NCBI RefSeq assembly: GCF_006345805.1
Contig: NC_043011.1
Location: 26,796,464 to 26,860,463 of the forward strand
Direction of reading: 5' to 3'
DNA length: 64,000 bases
From: Octopus sinensis
Taxonomy: Eukaryota
Shown here: one piece after another, positions 1 through 12,485 of the stretch
Position numbering within the stretch: the first letter of the stretch is position 1
Layout of the letters: every line of letters starts with the position of its first letter
Position numbers and translations under genes: made by a program
Notes under the pieces: generated by a model
Database searches by the model: none
Told to the model about the DNA's origin: nothing
Seen by the model: the letters and a program-made list of their open reading frames with translations, nothing else

Positions 1-507
1 ACCTGCTCCTTGTTGTAAGCTTGCAATGAGAACAGATGGTGCTGCAAGCATTCAAGTCAAGTCTCTAATTTCTAGATAACTTCCTTCCACTTTAATAATA
101 GTGTATCTGTTCATTCTTAATATGCTGTGGCAGATTCAAGTGGGAATATCTGATCACTTTTGTTTTTAATATCAGAAGACACCTCCTCCTTTTAAATGAT
201 GTGTTTTCATAACACACACAATTCACTGGTGCAATGAGACTTTAAGACACTGGTGTTTTGACCTAATTGTGCCTCCTCAGTCAAAGCTAACCAGCCACAC
301 TGATGAATCTAACAAGAGCATGAGCTCTTATTTATAAAAATGAACAAACAAATTATTTGTGGAGGTTTGCATCTTTTCCCCTTATTCCTTGATTTCAAAT
401 TCAAATTTATAATCCTATCAAATGTTATGATGAGATGATTATCTCACATGTACTAACTGGAAACTAAGTGGTCTCCACTTATAAAATTCTTTTCTCAGTT
501 GTCTTAC

Positions 508-605
508 CTATTTGAGACTCCATTTCCTGTTTGCAATTTTCAAACTGGTTTCTGTGGTTCTCTTCAATTTCTTTGATAACTCTGGTGTGCTCTTCTTCAA
601 TTTTA
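508..605 (-). CDS. FLACC1: FLACC1-like coiled-coil protein, most 3' exon found (KIEEEHTRVIKEIEENHRNQFENCKQEMESQI)
   Basis: Acceptor ttttctcaag and donor ag|gtaaga. 98 nt, phase 2 in and phase 1 out, matching the exon at 1720-1781. Coiled-coil composition. Confidence 0.8.
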
Positions 606-1229
606 CTTGAGAAAAATTAAGGAAAAATAATAACAGCTTTTACTAACAGTGACTTCTGGTTGCCTGAAAAGAACAGTTAACAGTAGTAGTAGTAGTAGTA
701 GTAGTAGCAGTAGCAGCAGCAGCAGCAGTAGTAGTAGTATTATACAGCAGCAGCAGTAGTAGCAGCAGCAGTGGTAGTACAACAACTACTACTTGGGGAT
801 GTAGACTTAATCTATTTGATAGGCAGAAGTTCTGTCATGTGAAAGTGCTTGTGTTCCTATGATGATGATGATGATGATGATATGCATGTGCACGTGCATG
901 TGTGTCTATGTGTGTGTGTGGTGTGTGTGTGTGTGTGTGTGCCTGGACAGTTTGAAATAGTTGCAATTGAGTGTATCTATCATACAAACGGTGTCCCTAA
1001 TTTCCAGTATTCTGCCTAAACATGTCTGGCTCCTGGAAAGTATTACATCGCTTGGAAACAAGTGAAGGCTGGTGACAGGAAGGGTACATGACAGTAGGAA
1101 ATCTACATCAACCAACTCGGTCCAATGCATGCATACATGAAAAAGTGGACATTAAAATGATGATGAGATGATGATGATAATGAGGGAGACGATGACGACA
1201 ACAATGATATATATGTGTGTGTATGTGTC

Positions 1230-1370
<141 letters not shown>

Positions 1371-1374
1371 ATGT

Positions 1375-1676
1375 GGAGGCGCAATGGCCCAGTGGTTAGG
1401 GCAGCGGACTCGCGGTTGTAGGATCGCGGTTTCGATTCCCAGATCGGGCGTTGTGAGTGTTTATTGAGCGAAAACACCTAAAGCTCCACACGCCTCTGGC
1501 AGGGGTTGGTGGCAATCCCTGCTGTACTCTTTTGCCACAAATTTCTGTCACTCTTTCTTCTGTTGGCCTGCTCGCTTAGCCAGCGGGGTGGCGTCATTTG
1601 GAGGCTAAAACAATGCGAAGCGCATTGTGACCAGTGATGTGTAGCAACATCTGTTAGCCTAGTCGGTTACGGTGAT
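1375..1676 (+). mobile_element. tRNA-derived SINE, family A (second copy at 43142-43330)
   Basis: A box tggcccagtgg and B box ggtttcgattcc, followed by a non-tRNA body shared between the copies. Confidence 0.85.
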
Positions 1677-1719
1677 ATGTATATATATATATATATAAAA
1701 CACTAGAATAAAGACTGAC

Positions 1720-1781
1720 CTGATTTCATCCTGATGTTGTGTCTGCAGTTCTTTGACTGTGTCATTGAGAAATTGCTCTGC
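1720..1781 (-). CDS. FLACC1: FLACC1-like exon (AEQFLNDTVKELQTQHQDEI)
   Basis: Acceptor tttaatttctactgtag and donor ag|gtcagt. 62 nt, phase 0 in and phase 2 out, joining both neighbours in frame. Confidence 0.85.
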
Positions 1782-3073
1782 CTACAGTAGAAATTAAAAG
1801 CAAAAATAGTGGTGTTACGAAAAAAAGTCCCGTTTTGTAAATATAAATTGACTAACAACTGTGATCAGCTGAGGTCAGTTTAACTTCTTAATGTGTATCT
1901 CATATCTCCCTCTTGCTATCTCTCCCCCACATCTCCTCATCACAGCCTTCACCCATCTCCCCACTGTATTCACTTTAACCCCCCACACACACACACACTT
2001 ACCGCAACCATCTGTTGACTGTCATGGTTCAGGGTGTCTGCAATAGGTGATCATACAGCCACTTGTTTGGACCACCTCAGGCAGTTCAACTAAGAATGCC
2101 TGGACAATTGAACAGGGTTATTGCTATATTATGTTATTTCTAGCACAATAGATATTGTCTCATATTTAATAATGGCATTTTTCTAAAATACATAAAACTA
2201 TATATATATATAGGTGCAGGCATGGTTCCAGGTTCAGTACTCATGACAGAACACCTTAGGCAAGTGCCTACTACTATACCCTCAGGCAAACTGAAGCCTT
2301 GTGAGTGGATTTGGTAGGCAGAAACTGAAAGAAGGTGGCGAGCTGGCAGAAATGCTTAGCCGTATTTCGTCTGCCATTACGTTCTGAGTTCAAATACCAC
2401 TGAGGTTGACTTTGTCTTTCATCCTTTCAGGGTCGATAAATTAAGTACCAGTTACGCACTGGGATCGATGTAATATATATATATATATATCATATATATA
2501 TATATAATCAAAATAAGCAACAAGGATATCCAGAGGTAATGCAGTACGATCATTTCATGCAACTCCATTTAATCGAACAATGCAATCATTACATCAATTT
2601 AAAATGTAGAGCAATCTTCAGTTGTACAAAGACATAGAATTTAATTAAATTAGAACAGATGGACACATTAGTATAATTATACCTAAAATTTCCAAGAAGT
2701 TAAGGAGATAAACAAAGAACATGCTGTCTCACTCCAGTTTAGAAGTTACTGAATTTTCAAGAAGATATACATTGTTACAGACTCTGCCTGTCACTGATTT
2801 TTTTGTTTTTATGGGGTCAGTTTTAATTTCTAGACTAGTTTATCAAATCCCCTGTATATCTAAGGCTGAGAGAACAGAGGGCAATATCTGTTAGGGGTAG
2901 GGCTGAGGGAGCAGACAGACATCATAGTTGGTATAGTCATAAAAATCAAGATTTATTAGAAGCAATATCATGAGGTTTAGTAAAGGAAAACTTAAAACAA
3001 GATGTTAGCTGATAATTAAGGGGGCCGCTCACTAGCAGACCATTGATATATATATATAATATATATATATAAT

Positions 3074-3120
<47 letters not shown>

Positions 3121-3122
<2 letters not shown>

Positions 3123-3530
3123 CAAATAAGAAAATGGAGAAACACATTAGTTGGTTAATCAGCTTTAGGATATTAGAATGTTGCCTTATTTAATCATCAA
3201 AACTACAACCATAATAACATACATATATACAGCATAAAATTCAATACATTTAAGACAAGAATACAAGTAGTTATTAAAAACATGATAAGTATAGGCACAA
3301 AAAATTACTTTTTTCCATAGGCTGAAACAGCTGTAAGTGATTTTAATGATTCTAACAATTTATATTAATGTTTTTAATAACTACTTGCATTCTTATCTTA
3401 AATGTATTGAATTTTATACTGTATATATGTATGTTATTATGGTTGTAGTTTTGATAATTAAATAAGGCAACATTCTAATATCGTAAAGCTGATAAACCAA
3501 CTAATATATTTCTCCATTTTCTTATTTGTA
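3121..3530. mobile_element. Fold-back element with ~110-bp inverted ends, inserted in (TA)n
   Basis: tacaaataagaaaatggaga... at 3121 mirrors ...tctccattttcttatttgta at 3530. A related end occurs at about 63880. Confidence 0.8.
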
Positions 3531-3702
3531 ATATAAATTAATGGTGAAATATTTCTTCACCTTCACCCATTTAATACAATAAGTGAGTTTGTTGCATTGC
3601 AATTAAAAACACTTGTGCATTAATAATTTGGGTAGTATACCAACAGTATATTGGATAAGTATTATCCCTTAGAGGGTTGGATCTACAACCCCCAACTTAC
3701 TT

Positions 3703-3749
<47 letters not shown>

Positions 3750-3931
3750 TGTATTTACTTGTGTATAAATGCACCATTTTCCAATTCTCTTTTCCTTCAT
3801 TGTTTTATTTTTGCTTTGTGTATTTGTGCCACCCAGATTTTTCAGTTAAAATCAAGTGTAAAATAGTGCAACTTGTACACATATAAATACAATACAGATA
3901 TACAATACACAATACTCACACACACACTTGT

Positions 3932-4028
<97 letters not shown>

Positions 4029-4034
4029 GCTGAC

Positions 4035-4128
4035 CTTTACTTTGCTTTGCATGTGTTTGTATCGTTCTTCCTCAAGGAAAAGCTTTAAATCTGCAATCTG
4101 TTGATGTAGCTTCTCCAGGAGGATGTCT
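4035..4128 (-). CDS. FLACC1: FLACC1-like exon (DILLEKLHQQIADLKLFLEEERYKHMQSKVK)
   Basis: Acceptor tatatttcag and donor aag|gtcagc. 94 nt, phase 2 in and phase 0 out. Resembles the recalled human FLACC1 segment RTNIISDLEEQISELTAIIEQ (from memory, no search run). Confidence 0.85.
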
Positions 4129-5439
4129 CTGAAATATAATGCATTTTTTTTTCTCATTTTCTTGGTCCATCCATTTGTTTATACATTTTCCCCTCTTTTC
4201 TTCCCTCTCAGTTTTATTCAATAGTAAACACGTGACTGTGCTGGTCTTAATAAATAATACATTGATAATATAAAAAGCATTAACATTATTATTATTATTA
4301 TTATTATTATTTTAATTATTAGGCAGCAAGCTGGCAGAATCATTAGCGTGTTGGGTGAAATGCTTACCGGTATTTTGCCCATCACTACATTCTGAGTTCA
4401 AATTCTGCTGAGACCGACTTTGCTTTTTATTCTTTCAGTGTTGATTAAATAAGTACCAGTTATGCACTGTGCCAATTGTGGAAAGGATTATTATGCACTG
4501 GGGTCAATGTAATTGACTTAATCTCCCCCCACCCCAAGTTGCCCTTGTAGCAAAAATTATTATTATTATTATTATTATCATTATTATTATTATTACTACT
4601 ACTACTAAGGTGGTGACCTGGCAGAATCATTAGCACAGCAGACAAAATGCTTAGCAGCATTTCATCTATCTTTGCATTCTGAGTTCCAATTCCACCAAAG
4701 TCAACTTTGCTTTTCATCCTTTTGGAGTTGATGAAATAAGTGCCAATTGTGTGCTGGGGTCAATGTAATAAACTAGCTCCCTCCTCCAAAATTTTAGGCC
4801 TTGTGCCAAAAAGTGTAATTACAGCAACATTCATCCTAAACCAGGACTGTCATGTTATGTTGGCAAACAATCTTTACTACAGAATATTTGCTGTAGCCCT
4901 TCTTTTATACCAAGACAAAACATGTAGATGATAATACTTCTAATCAGTTAAGATGAGAAACCATGAGAACCAGTGCCTGGTATTGCATCAGGGCATTTAA
5001 TATTATTCTTCCTATTGTTATTGTTGTTGTCATCATCCTCATCATCATCATCAGTTTATTCTGCTGAGGTCGAATTTGCCTTCCATCTTTTTAAGGTCGA
5101 TAAAGTACCAGTTGAGTACTGGGGTCAATATAATTAACTAGCTCACTCCCCACAAATTTCAAGCCTTGTACCTTTAGTAGAAAGGATCATTATTGTTGTT
5201 GTTGTTAACAACAACAACATGCATTAAAAAAAAGAATGCTGCATTTCAGGAAAGAAGTAGTAGAACATAAAGCCTTGTAGTATTTATATTTATATTTATC
5301 ATTAACTCTCTGAAAAGTCCTGAGGAGGTGGCAGTCATCTTTGATTCTATCCTTCCATCTCAATAGATTAAGTACCATTCATGTACTGGAGGTTAACATA
5401 GACTTCTATCTATGTTGAAAATCATTAATACAATTCTAA

Positions 5440-5840
5440 CTAGAAAAGCACTTGGTGAGCACAGACCTCTGCCAAGCAGCTCATTTTAAGATAGATATGC
5501 GAGTAAAATTACTAATAGAGAAACAAAAATAAACTTTGGAAACAGCAGCGCCACCATAGGTTACGTGGAAAGGATGAACATGTTTTCAAGGGAGATAATC
5601 AAAGAATGTAGCTAATACTACATGTAAAGTAAATATAATAAATGAAAAATCCTTCAAGAATCCATAAAAATTCGCGGATCACAACCAAAATTTCACGATC
5701 TGTTTCTTGTGTCATCACCAACTTTTCCTGCAAGTTTCATCAAATACTGTTCCCAATTTTTAAAATTATTTTTCACACAGTCGGACACACGGACAAACCA
5801 ATGCCGATGAAAATATAACCTCCTTCCTTGGCGGACGTAA
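5440..5840 (+). mobile_element. Helentron/DINE-like non-autonomous element
   Basis: Subterminal inverted motifs ctctgccaag (5') and cttggcggac (3') with an adjacent 3' hairpin. Family is inferred. Confidence 0.5.
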
Positions 5841-5876
5841 AAATAAAGGGTCAATAAAATAGTTCAAAAATCTTAC

Positions 5877-5903
5877 CTTTCAGGATTCTCAGGTTCCTTG
5901 TTC
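5877..5903 (-). CDS. FLACC1: FLACC1-like 27-nt microexon (NKEPENPE)
   Basis: Acceptor tatttatcag and donor aag|gtaaga. Phase 2 in and phase 2 out, open in the expected frame. Confidence 0.75.
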
Positions 5904-7083
5904 CTGATAAATACATAAGCAAAATGAAATTATAAGTATTAGGCTTGGACTTGTTTGGATGATTTATATTTACATCCATTTTGTTATTTACTTTTGTTTA
6001 TATATCTTGGGTATGCATTGCATGCCCTGCAACTATATATTTCTCCATTTTTGGTTTAGTCTCCTAAGTAACAGAAACAGTCTGCTGCTTTTAGAGAGTT
6101 TTCTGGATGTTTGAAATATTTTGTTTGATGGGAGCTCATTTGCTACATATGAATCTTTTCTTTCTCATCAAAATATATTTAAAACAAAACCAAATTGAAA
6201 TGACTGACTCCTTTCAATGTAAGATGTTAGATATTACAGGTATCAATTTGAGACAGAAGAAAGATGGCAGCACATTCACAAACAGGACATGAATTTTGCT
6301 ATTTTATACATAAGACAAATTTTAATCATGGCTGTGAGGTCGAGAAGTTCAATTTGTGACCACTTAGAGTTTCAGGTTCAGTTCTACTGCATAGCACCTT
6401 GGGCAAGTGTCTTCTGCAAGAGTTCTATACTGCCCAATGCTTTTTGAGTGAATTTGGTAGACTGGAAACTGTGTGGAAACCTGTCATATATGTATATGTG
6501 TGTGTGTGCATGCGCACGTGTGTGTGTAAGGTAAGGTAAAGTTACCTTCTCAAGTCATATTGACTCATAAGGGTCAGTTTCCTGATTTCCATAGTGTATG
6601 GATTTCCCACCTGGTCCGACACAGGATTACTCATTTTTGCCGGCTGAGTGGACTGGAACAATATGAGATGAAGTGTTTTGCCCAAAAACACAACACACCA
6701 CCGAGTCTGAGAATCGAAACCAGAATCTTATGATCATGAGTCCAACACCTTAACCACTAAGCCATACACCCCCCACTATGTGAGTGAGTGTTTGTATGCA
6801 TGCTTGTGTGTGTGCATGTGTGTGTGTGTGTGTATGTGAATGTCTTGTATTTATGTTTGGTCCCTGCCACCACTTAACAACTGGTGTTGGTTTGTTTACC
6901 TCTCCATATATGCAAAATTTACCAGCAGAATAAGTACCAGGCTTTGAAAAAAGTACAAGGGTTGATCTGTTCAACTAAAACCCTTCAAGACAAAACCTTG
7001 GTATGACTTACAATCCAGTGACTAAAGTAAGTAAAAATTAAAAGATAGTTGTTATAAATAGAAAATATAACAAAAATATTTAC

Positions 7084-7205
7084 TCTTCAGTATCTTCTGC
7101 TTGTATTGGATTAAAAAATTCTCCAGTTTTTATCATTGCATGATACTTTGATTTATTCTTAGATAAAATATAACCTGGAGAGACAACCAGAGGAACCATT
7201 GGATC
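7084..7205 (-). CDS. FLACC1: FLACC1-like exon (DPMVPLVVSPGYILSKNKSKYHAMIKTGEFFNPIQAEDTE)
   Basis: Acceptor ttttgtaattccag and donor ga|gtaaat. 122 nt, phase 0 in and phase 2 out. The VSPGY motif matches the recalled human FLACC1 VINVSPGYQLVRNR. Confidence 0.85.
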
Positions 7206-7371
7206 CTGGAATTACAAAAAAAGAAGTCAGTGTTTTCATTTTAAAATTTATTCTTAGGAGAACATACCTAAATATAACTGATGGAGTTTGGGTGACAGCT
7301 ACTGTAGGTTATCTACATCATAAACATAATAATAACTATGTGATGTTTATTGTAAGATATCTCACTTATGA

Positions 7372-8274
7372 ATGACAATGACAACGAAACTAGAACAGCA
7401 ATGGATCATGATAAAACGATGGCAAGAAAAGTCCCTTCATGGCAAATACTGGGCTAAACTAAATGCAAAAGAAATAGACAAAGCAAAATCCCAGCAATGG
7501 CTGAGAGGCTCAGGACTCAAAGCAGAGACTGAAGGATTTTTAATTGCAGCACAAGACCAAAGCCTCCCCACCAGAAATTATCAAAAACATATAATGAAAA
7601 GAAACATAACAAGTAACTGCAGAATATGTGGAGATGGACAAGAAACAATAAATCATATTGTCTCTGGCTGTCCAGTCCTGGCTAAGAAGGAATATATTCA
7701 CAGACACAACAGTATTGGGACCTACATACACTGGAAGCTATGTCAACACTATGGAATAACAACAGAAAAAAGGTGGTATAGGCACATGCCAGAAAAGGTC
7801 ACAGAAAAGGAGAAAGCCACAATACTATGGGATATGCCAATACACACATAGAGAAATTAAGGCCAATAGGCCAGATATAGTTGTCAGAGATGATGAAGAG
7901 AAAATGCTTTCTAATTGATGTATCAATATCAACAGATGACATTTCTTTAAAAGAAATAGAGAAACTTTCAAAATACAAAGACCTGAAAATAGAGGTAACT
8001 CAAATGTGGAGTCTAAAAACAGAAACAATTCCTATCATAGAAGGCACATTAGGTATGATAAAAAAATATTCAGACAAATACATAACAAAAACACCAAGTC
8101 TAACAAATATATATAACATACAGAAAATTGCACTACTGGACACTGCACACATCTTACGCAAAACACTTTCAATACAGTAACCATAAGAGCATCACAGTAA
8201 ACCACAACACATACCCAAGACACACAGAGCTGCACTCAGTAGTGCAGTGAAAACATGTTATAAAAATAAGACTA

Positions 8275-8314
<40 letters not shown>

Positions 8315-8330
8315 TAATAATAATAATGGT
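7372..8330 (+). mobile_element. 5'-truncated R4/Dong-like non-LTR retrotransposon (CCHC finger and REL endonuclease), frameshifted
   Basis: LKAETEGFLIAAQDQSL, CRICG..ETINHIVSGC, ANRPDIV, LIDVS and EKLSKYKDL motifs, then a (TAA)n tail. Confidence 0.9.
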
Positions 8331-8340
8331 GGTGGTGGTT

Positions 8341-8384
<44 letters not shown>

Positions 8385-8589
8385 CCTTTCTATTATAGGC
8401 ACAAGGCCTGAAATTTGGGGGAGGTGGATAGTCGATTACATTGACCCCAGTACTCAACTGGTACTAATTTTATTGCTCCCGAGTGAAAGAAAGGCAAAGT
8501 CAACCTCAGCAGAACTTGAACTCAGAACGTAAAGACAGATCAAATACCACTAAGCATTTTTCCCAGTATGCTAACGATTCTGCCAGCTC

Positions 8590-9025
8590 AGAACCTGAAG
8601 CAACACCAGATGGATGACACAGCTGGTAGGCAACACAAACTGAGTAAGAAACTGCACTCAATCTCAAAGGGGGAATGTAAAAACAGATGAAAGCTTAACC
8701 TCCCTGATTATGATGATGATAAGGAGAGGACACACCATCCAGTAAGGCAAGAAAAAAATGTGAAAAAGAAAAGCCAAACAGGAAAGCTTGAAGGAAATAT
8801 TGAGACTGGCAAGAAAAACCATTGCATGCACAATAGCCCAAATGAATTGGGGAAGCTGATGTAGATATAAGAAGAACCAATCAGTGGCTGCAGAGTGTTG
8901 GTTTGAAAGCCGAAACAGAAGGATTTATCCTAGCAGCACAAGATTAGAGTCTCTTCACCCAGAACTATCAAGCTAATGTCCCGCACAATGAGGTAGACAC
9001 AAAGTGTAGGCTCTGCAATGACTAA
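8590..9025 (+). mobile_element. Second degenerate R4/Dong-like fragment
   Basis: Translates to WLQSVGLKAETEGFILAAQD*SLFTQNYQA...KCRLCND, with stop codons. Confidence 0.8.
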
Positions 9026-9102
9026 AAAAAAAATAATCCTAAATTTCCTAAATCTAATTTTTCCCTGTAAGTTTGGATATACTCCCTATTATTATTATTA
9101 TC

Positions 9103-9134
<32 letters not shown>

Positions 9135-9166
9135 TTTATAATAGGATTAGCTCGTATACGAGTAGG

Positions 9167-9976
9167 TATATATTTGTAAAAAATGAAGTTCGAAAATGCT
9201 GCTATATTATACAATTTTTAATTTTTATATATACATTATAACATGTTTCAGTTCCTGAAATGAACCTTATCAAAAAAAGTTATATATAAAAAAAGACAGC
9301 TCATGCCGTCAAACACAAGAAATTCATTTATAATACACAACGGAGTCAGACATCTTAGAGTTCATGTATAGTTGATATATAGTTTGAAGTAAGTTCATTC
9401 ATGCTATATGTTCAAAGTGTTCGATGCAGTGGCCCACGGTGGCGATACGTATTCAATACAAAAAACAGATCAAAGTGGTGGAAAGCAGTCAATACAGAAG
9501 ATTGATGTTTCCGAAAGAGCGAGGAATTCATTTTTACCTTAAGCAATTGTGATGACCCATGGTGGGTGTTCGCTGCGAACACCCACCATGGGTCATCACA
9601 ATTGCTTAAGGTAAAAATGAATTCCTCGCTCTTTCGGAAACATCAATCTTCTGTATTGACTGCTTTCCACCACTTTGATCTGTTTTTTGTATTGAATATG
9701 TATCGCCACCGTGGGCCACTGCATCGAACACTTTGAACATATAGCATGAATGAACTTACTTCAAACTATATATCAACTATACATGAACTCTAAGATGTCT
9801 GACTCCGTTGTGTATTATAAATGAATTTCTTGTGTTTGACGGCATGAGCTGTCTTTTTTTATATATAACTTTTTTTGATAAGGTTCATTTCAGGAACTGA
9901 AACATGTTATAATGTATATATAAAAATTAAAAATTGTATAATATAGCAGCATTTTCGAACTTCATTTTTTACAAAT

Positions 9977-9981
<5 letters not shown>
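9167..9981. repeat. 815-bp near-perfect palindrome (407-bp arms, 1-nt centre at 9574)
   Basis: Centre gtgttcgc-t-gcgaacac. The arms match base for base apart from one mismatch I noticed (gatacgtatt versus gatacatatt). TA-rich flanks. Confidence 0.95.
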
Positions 9982-10011
<30 letters not shown>

Positions 10012-10048
10012 GAGCTGACTTGAAAAAGTAAAACAACTGACAACCAAC

Positions 10049-10160
10049 CTCAAGATATTTTTGCTGTGCAGGCTTGTTCTTTTTAATTGGAAGATGATTC
10101 TGAAGGGCTTGTTGACACACGGGTTCTTCAAATACTTTTGGTTTGACATTATTTCTAGCA
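10049..10160 (-). CDS. FLACC1: FLACC1-like exon (ARNNVKPKVFEEPVCQQALQNHLPIKKNKPAQQKYLE)
   Basis: Acceptor ttttttacaattag and donor gag|gttggt. 112 nt, phase 2 in and phase 0 out, compatible with both neighbours. Confidence 0.75.
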
Positions 10161-10299
10161 CTAATTGTAAAAAAGAAACAATTCACAGTCAATTAAATGA
10201 GTACTTTACAAATGTATTAATCATTAAATGAGAGAAATATTTCTTGATGTCTTTAGAATCAATCCATGGTTCAAGGCAGTGAACCACAAGTCAACAATT

Positions 10300-11150
10300 T
10301 TAACGCTTTAGCATTTAAACTGGCCATATTCAGCCTAAATATCCTACCTATTTTAAAATAAAAAATAATGAAATTATTGTATACAGTGCTCAGGTGCACC
10401 ACAACTTTCACTTTACATGCAAAAAGGCCAGATCCAGTTTCTCATGCCTACCCTACAATGGCATTCTAAAAATACACGATCACATTATCAAAATCTCAAA
10501 GTTATTTGATAATCTATTATATAAAATCCGTTCTGTCTGTCTGTGTGTGTGTCTTCTAGGATCTCGGGCATCCTCCATCTGATTGCGCTCAAATTTGATA
10601 TGTAGATACCAACGGTATCAGGGCATGCATAAGTCTTGAAAAAATTACAAAAATCGATTCCAGGTGAGAATACGATCAATAAAGCCGTGGGAACGTGCAT
10701 TTGTACATGCAAGTACATCAGCTGTTGCGATCAATACTACACATACACGAGAAAAATGCACGTGCAGTTTGTGCAAAAAAAGCCGACTGGCTTGAAATAA
10801 TGCCACAAAATGCAGTATATTTAGGAGACCAAAAACATAAGATGCAAAAGAGATATTTTCTTCAAACTTTGCATGAAGGAAGGAAAGACTATTTGGTTTC
10901 TCAAGAAGTCTTTTCTTTTGCCTCAACTTTGTTTAACACAACCAAAAATTCTATTGAAATAAAGGCATGCTTAATTATTTTTTTAATGAAAAGAAAACAC
11001 TGATTGCTTTTTATTCAGCAGATATGATTCAGCACTGTCCATTGGATGGGGGGGGGGGAAGCAGCGTTTTACTCATGCATAAATAATTCAAAACAATGTG
11101 AATGAATAAGCATTGCATTTAACAGAGTAATCTGAATGGTAGAGGGTTAA
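10300..11150. mobile_element. piggyBac-like MITE with a nested Helitron-like piece
   Basis: TTAA at both ends and degenerate TIRs cgctttagcatt / aatggtagaggg. Confidence 0.55.
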
Positions 11151-12214
11151 ATCATGCTGCCAATACATTTCTATATGGATCTTGATCTAAGGGCTATAGA
11201 TAGATAACTAATCTTTTATTATTTTATTATTTAGGCACAAAGCCAATTATTGTTGTTTTTTTATCCTAAGGACAAACTTGATCTACAGGCCTATGATTAA
11301 AAGCATTCCAACCATGACTATCTCATCTTATTTTGTTTTTATCAAATATACTGTATCTGGGATTACATTGTTCAATGCACTTTTCCTCTTTTAAACTGAT
11401 AGGGTTTGAATTAAGAAAGATCTGGCTACTATATCTAGCCAGTCAATCAGCTGTATATAGATTCCTTTACTTGCTTGTAAGGCTAAGGTGTTGAAGAAAA
11501 TGGGCAAATAGCTAGCCTTTAAATTGTTTTCTTATTCAAGCATAAAACCAATTGTTGTTCATGTTTATCCCAAGGGTAACCCTGATCTAACAAACCTATG
11601 ATCAAAAGCTTTGAAGTCAATAGGGGATGATTTGAAAGCAGTTTGCTGCAATTTCTATCAGGTTGAACAATTACATACAAGTTCCCTTGTTAGCGCAAAA
11701 ATAGAAGATGAAGCCATATCTCTTATTATAAAAGGCAGATTTTATCTCTTATTATAAAAGGCAGATTTTATCTGCCTCCCTTTGTCAGTTATAGAAATCT
11801 ACAATATAGGATTTCTTCAATTACAATTTACCTAGCATTTTTAAGAGTAGAATGCATTGGGTCATGCCAGGTCCAGTTTTTAAAATTTAAACTCCAATTA
11901 AGCAAAATTTACAGAAAACTCACATTCTGGTGTGTATGTCAAATGCTTTTCTTAATGTGGTTTACACCACACGCACACACACAGTGTGCAACGAATAAAA
12001 TGAAAGTAATTCACTGTGTGTGTGTTGACAGGTAGACAATAGATGGCGATGGCGATGTAATATTTGTTTCTGTCTATCACGCTGATAGATACATGAGTAA
12101 AATGTATGGCAAGCTAAGAGATAAGAGTGAGTGAAAATGTTCTTGGAAGAGAGTAAATAGCGAGAGTGATTTGAGGAAGACTTTACATTAAATAACCGTA
12201 GTGGCTTGTATATA

Positions 12215-12485
12215 TATATATATACATACATAAGACAGTAAGGTGTGATTTGAGGGAGATTTGGCTGCTATTTCTACCATGTCTAGCTGCCATGTAGGGG
12301 TCTCCCTCATAGGCTCATATATACATAGATAAGACAGTAAGGTGTGATTTGGGGGAAATTTAGCTGCTATTTCTACCAGGTCTAGCTACCATGTAGAGGT
12401 CCCCCTCATTGGCTCATATATATATACATACATAAGACAGTAAGGTGTGATTTGAGGGAGATTTGGCTGCTGTTTCTACCAGGTC
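12215..12485. repeat. ~100-bp tandem repeat, about 2.6 units
   Basis: taagacagtaaggtgtgatttg starts at 12231, 12330 and 12433. Confidence 0.9.

Noticed and set aside
1-330. Next FLACC1-like exon near the window start
   Set aside because: Acceptors tested with the required phase 1 hit stops almost immediately, so the continuation is unresolved.
606-663. A 20-nt exon plus a 38-nt GT-AG intron that would bridge exon 4035 to exon 605 in frame
   Set aside because: The intron is implausibly short, and the exon at 1720-1781 supplies the correct phases with better splice signals.
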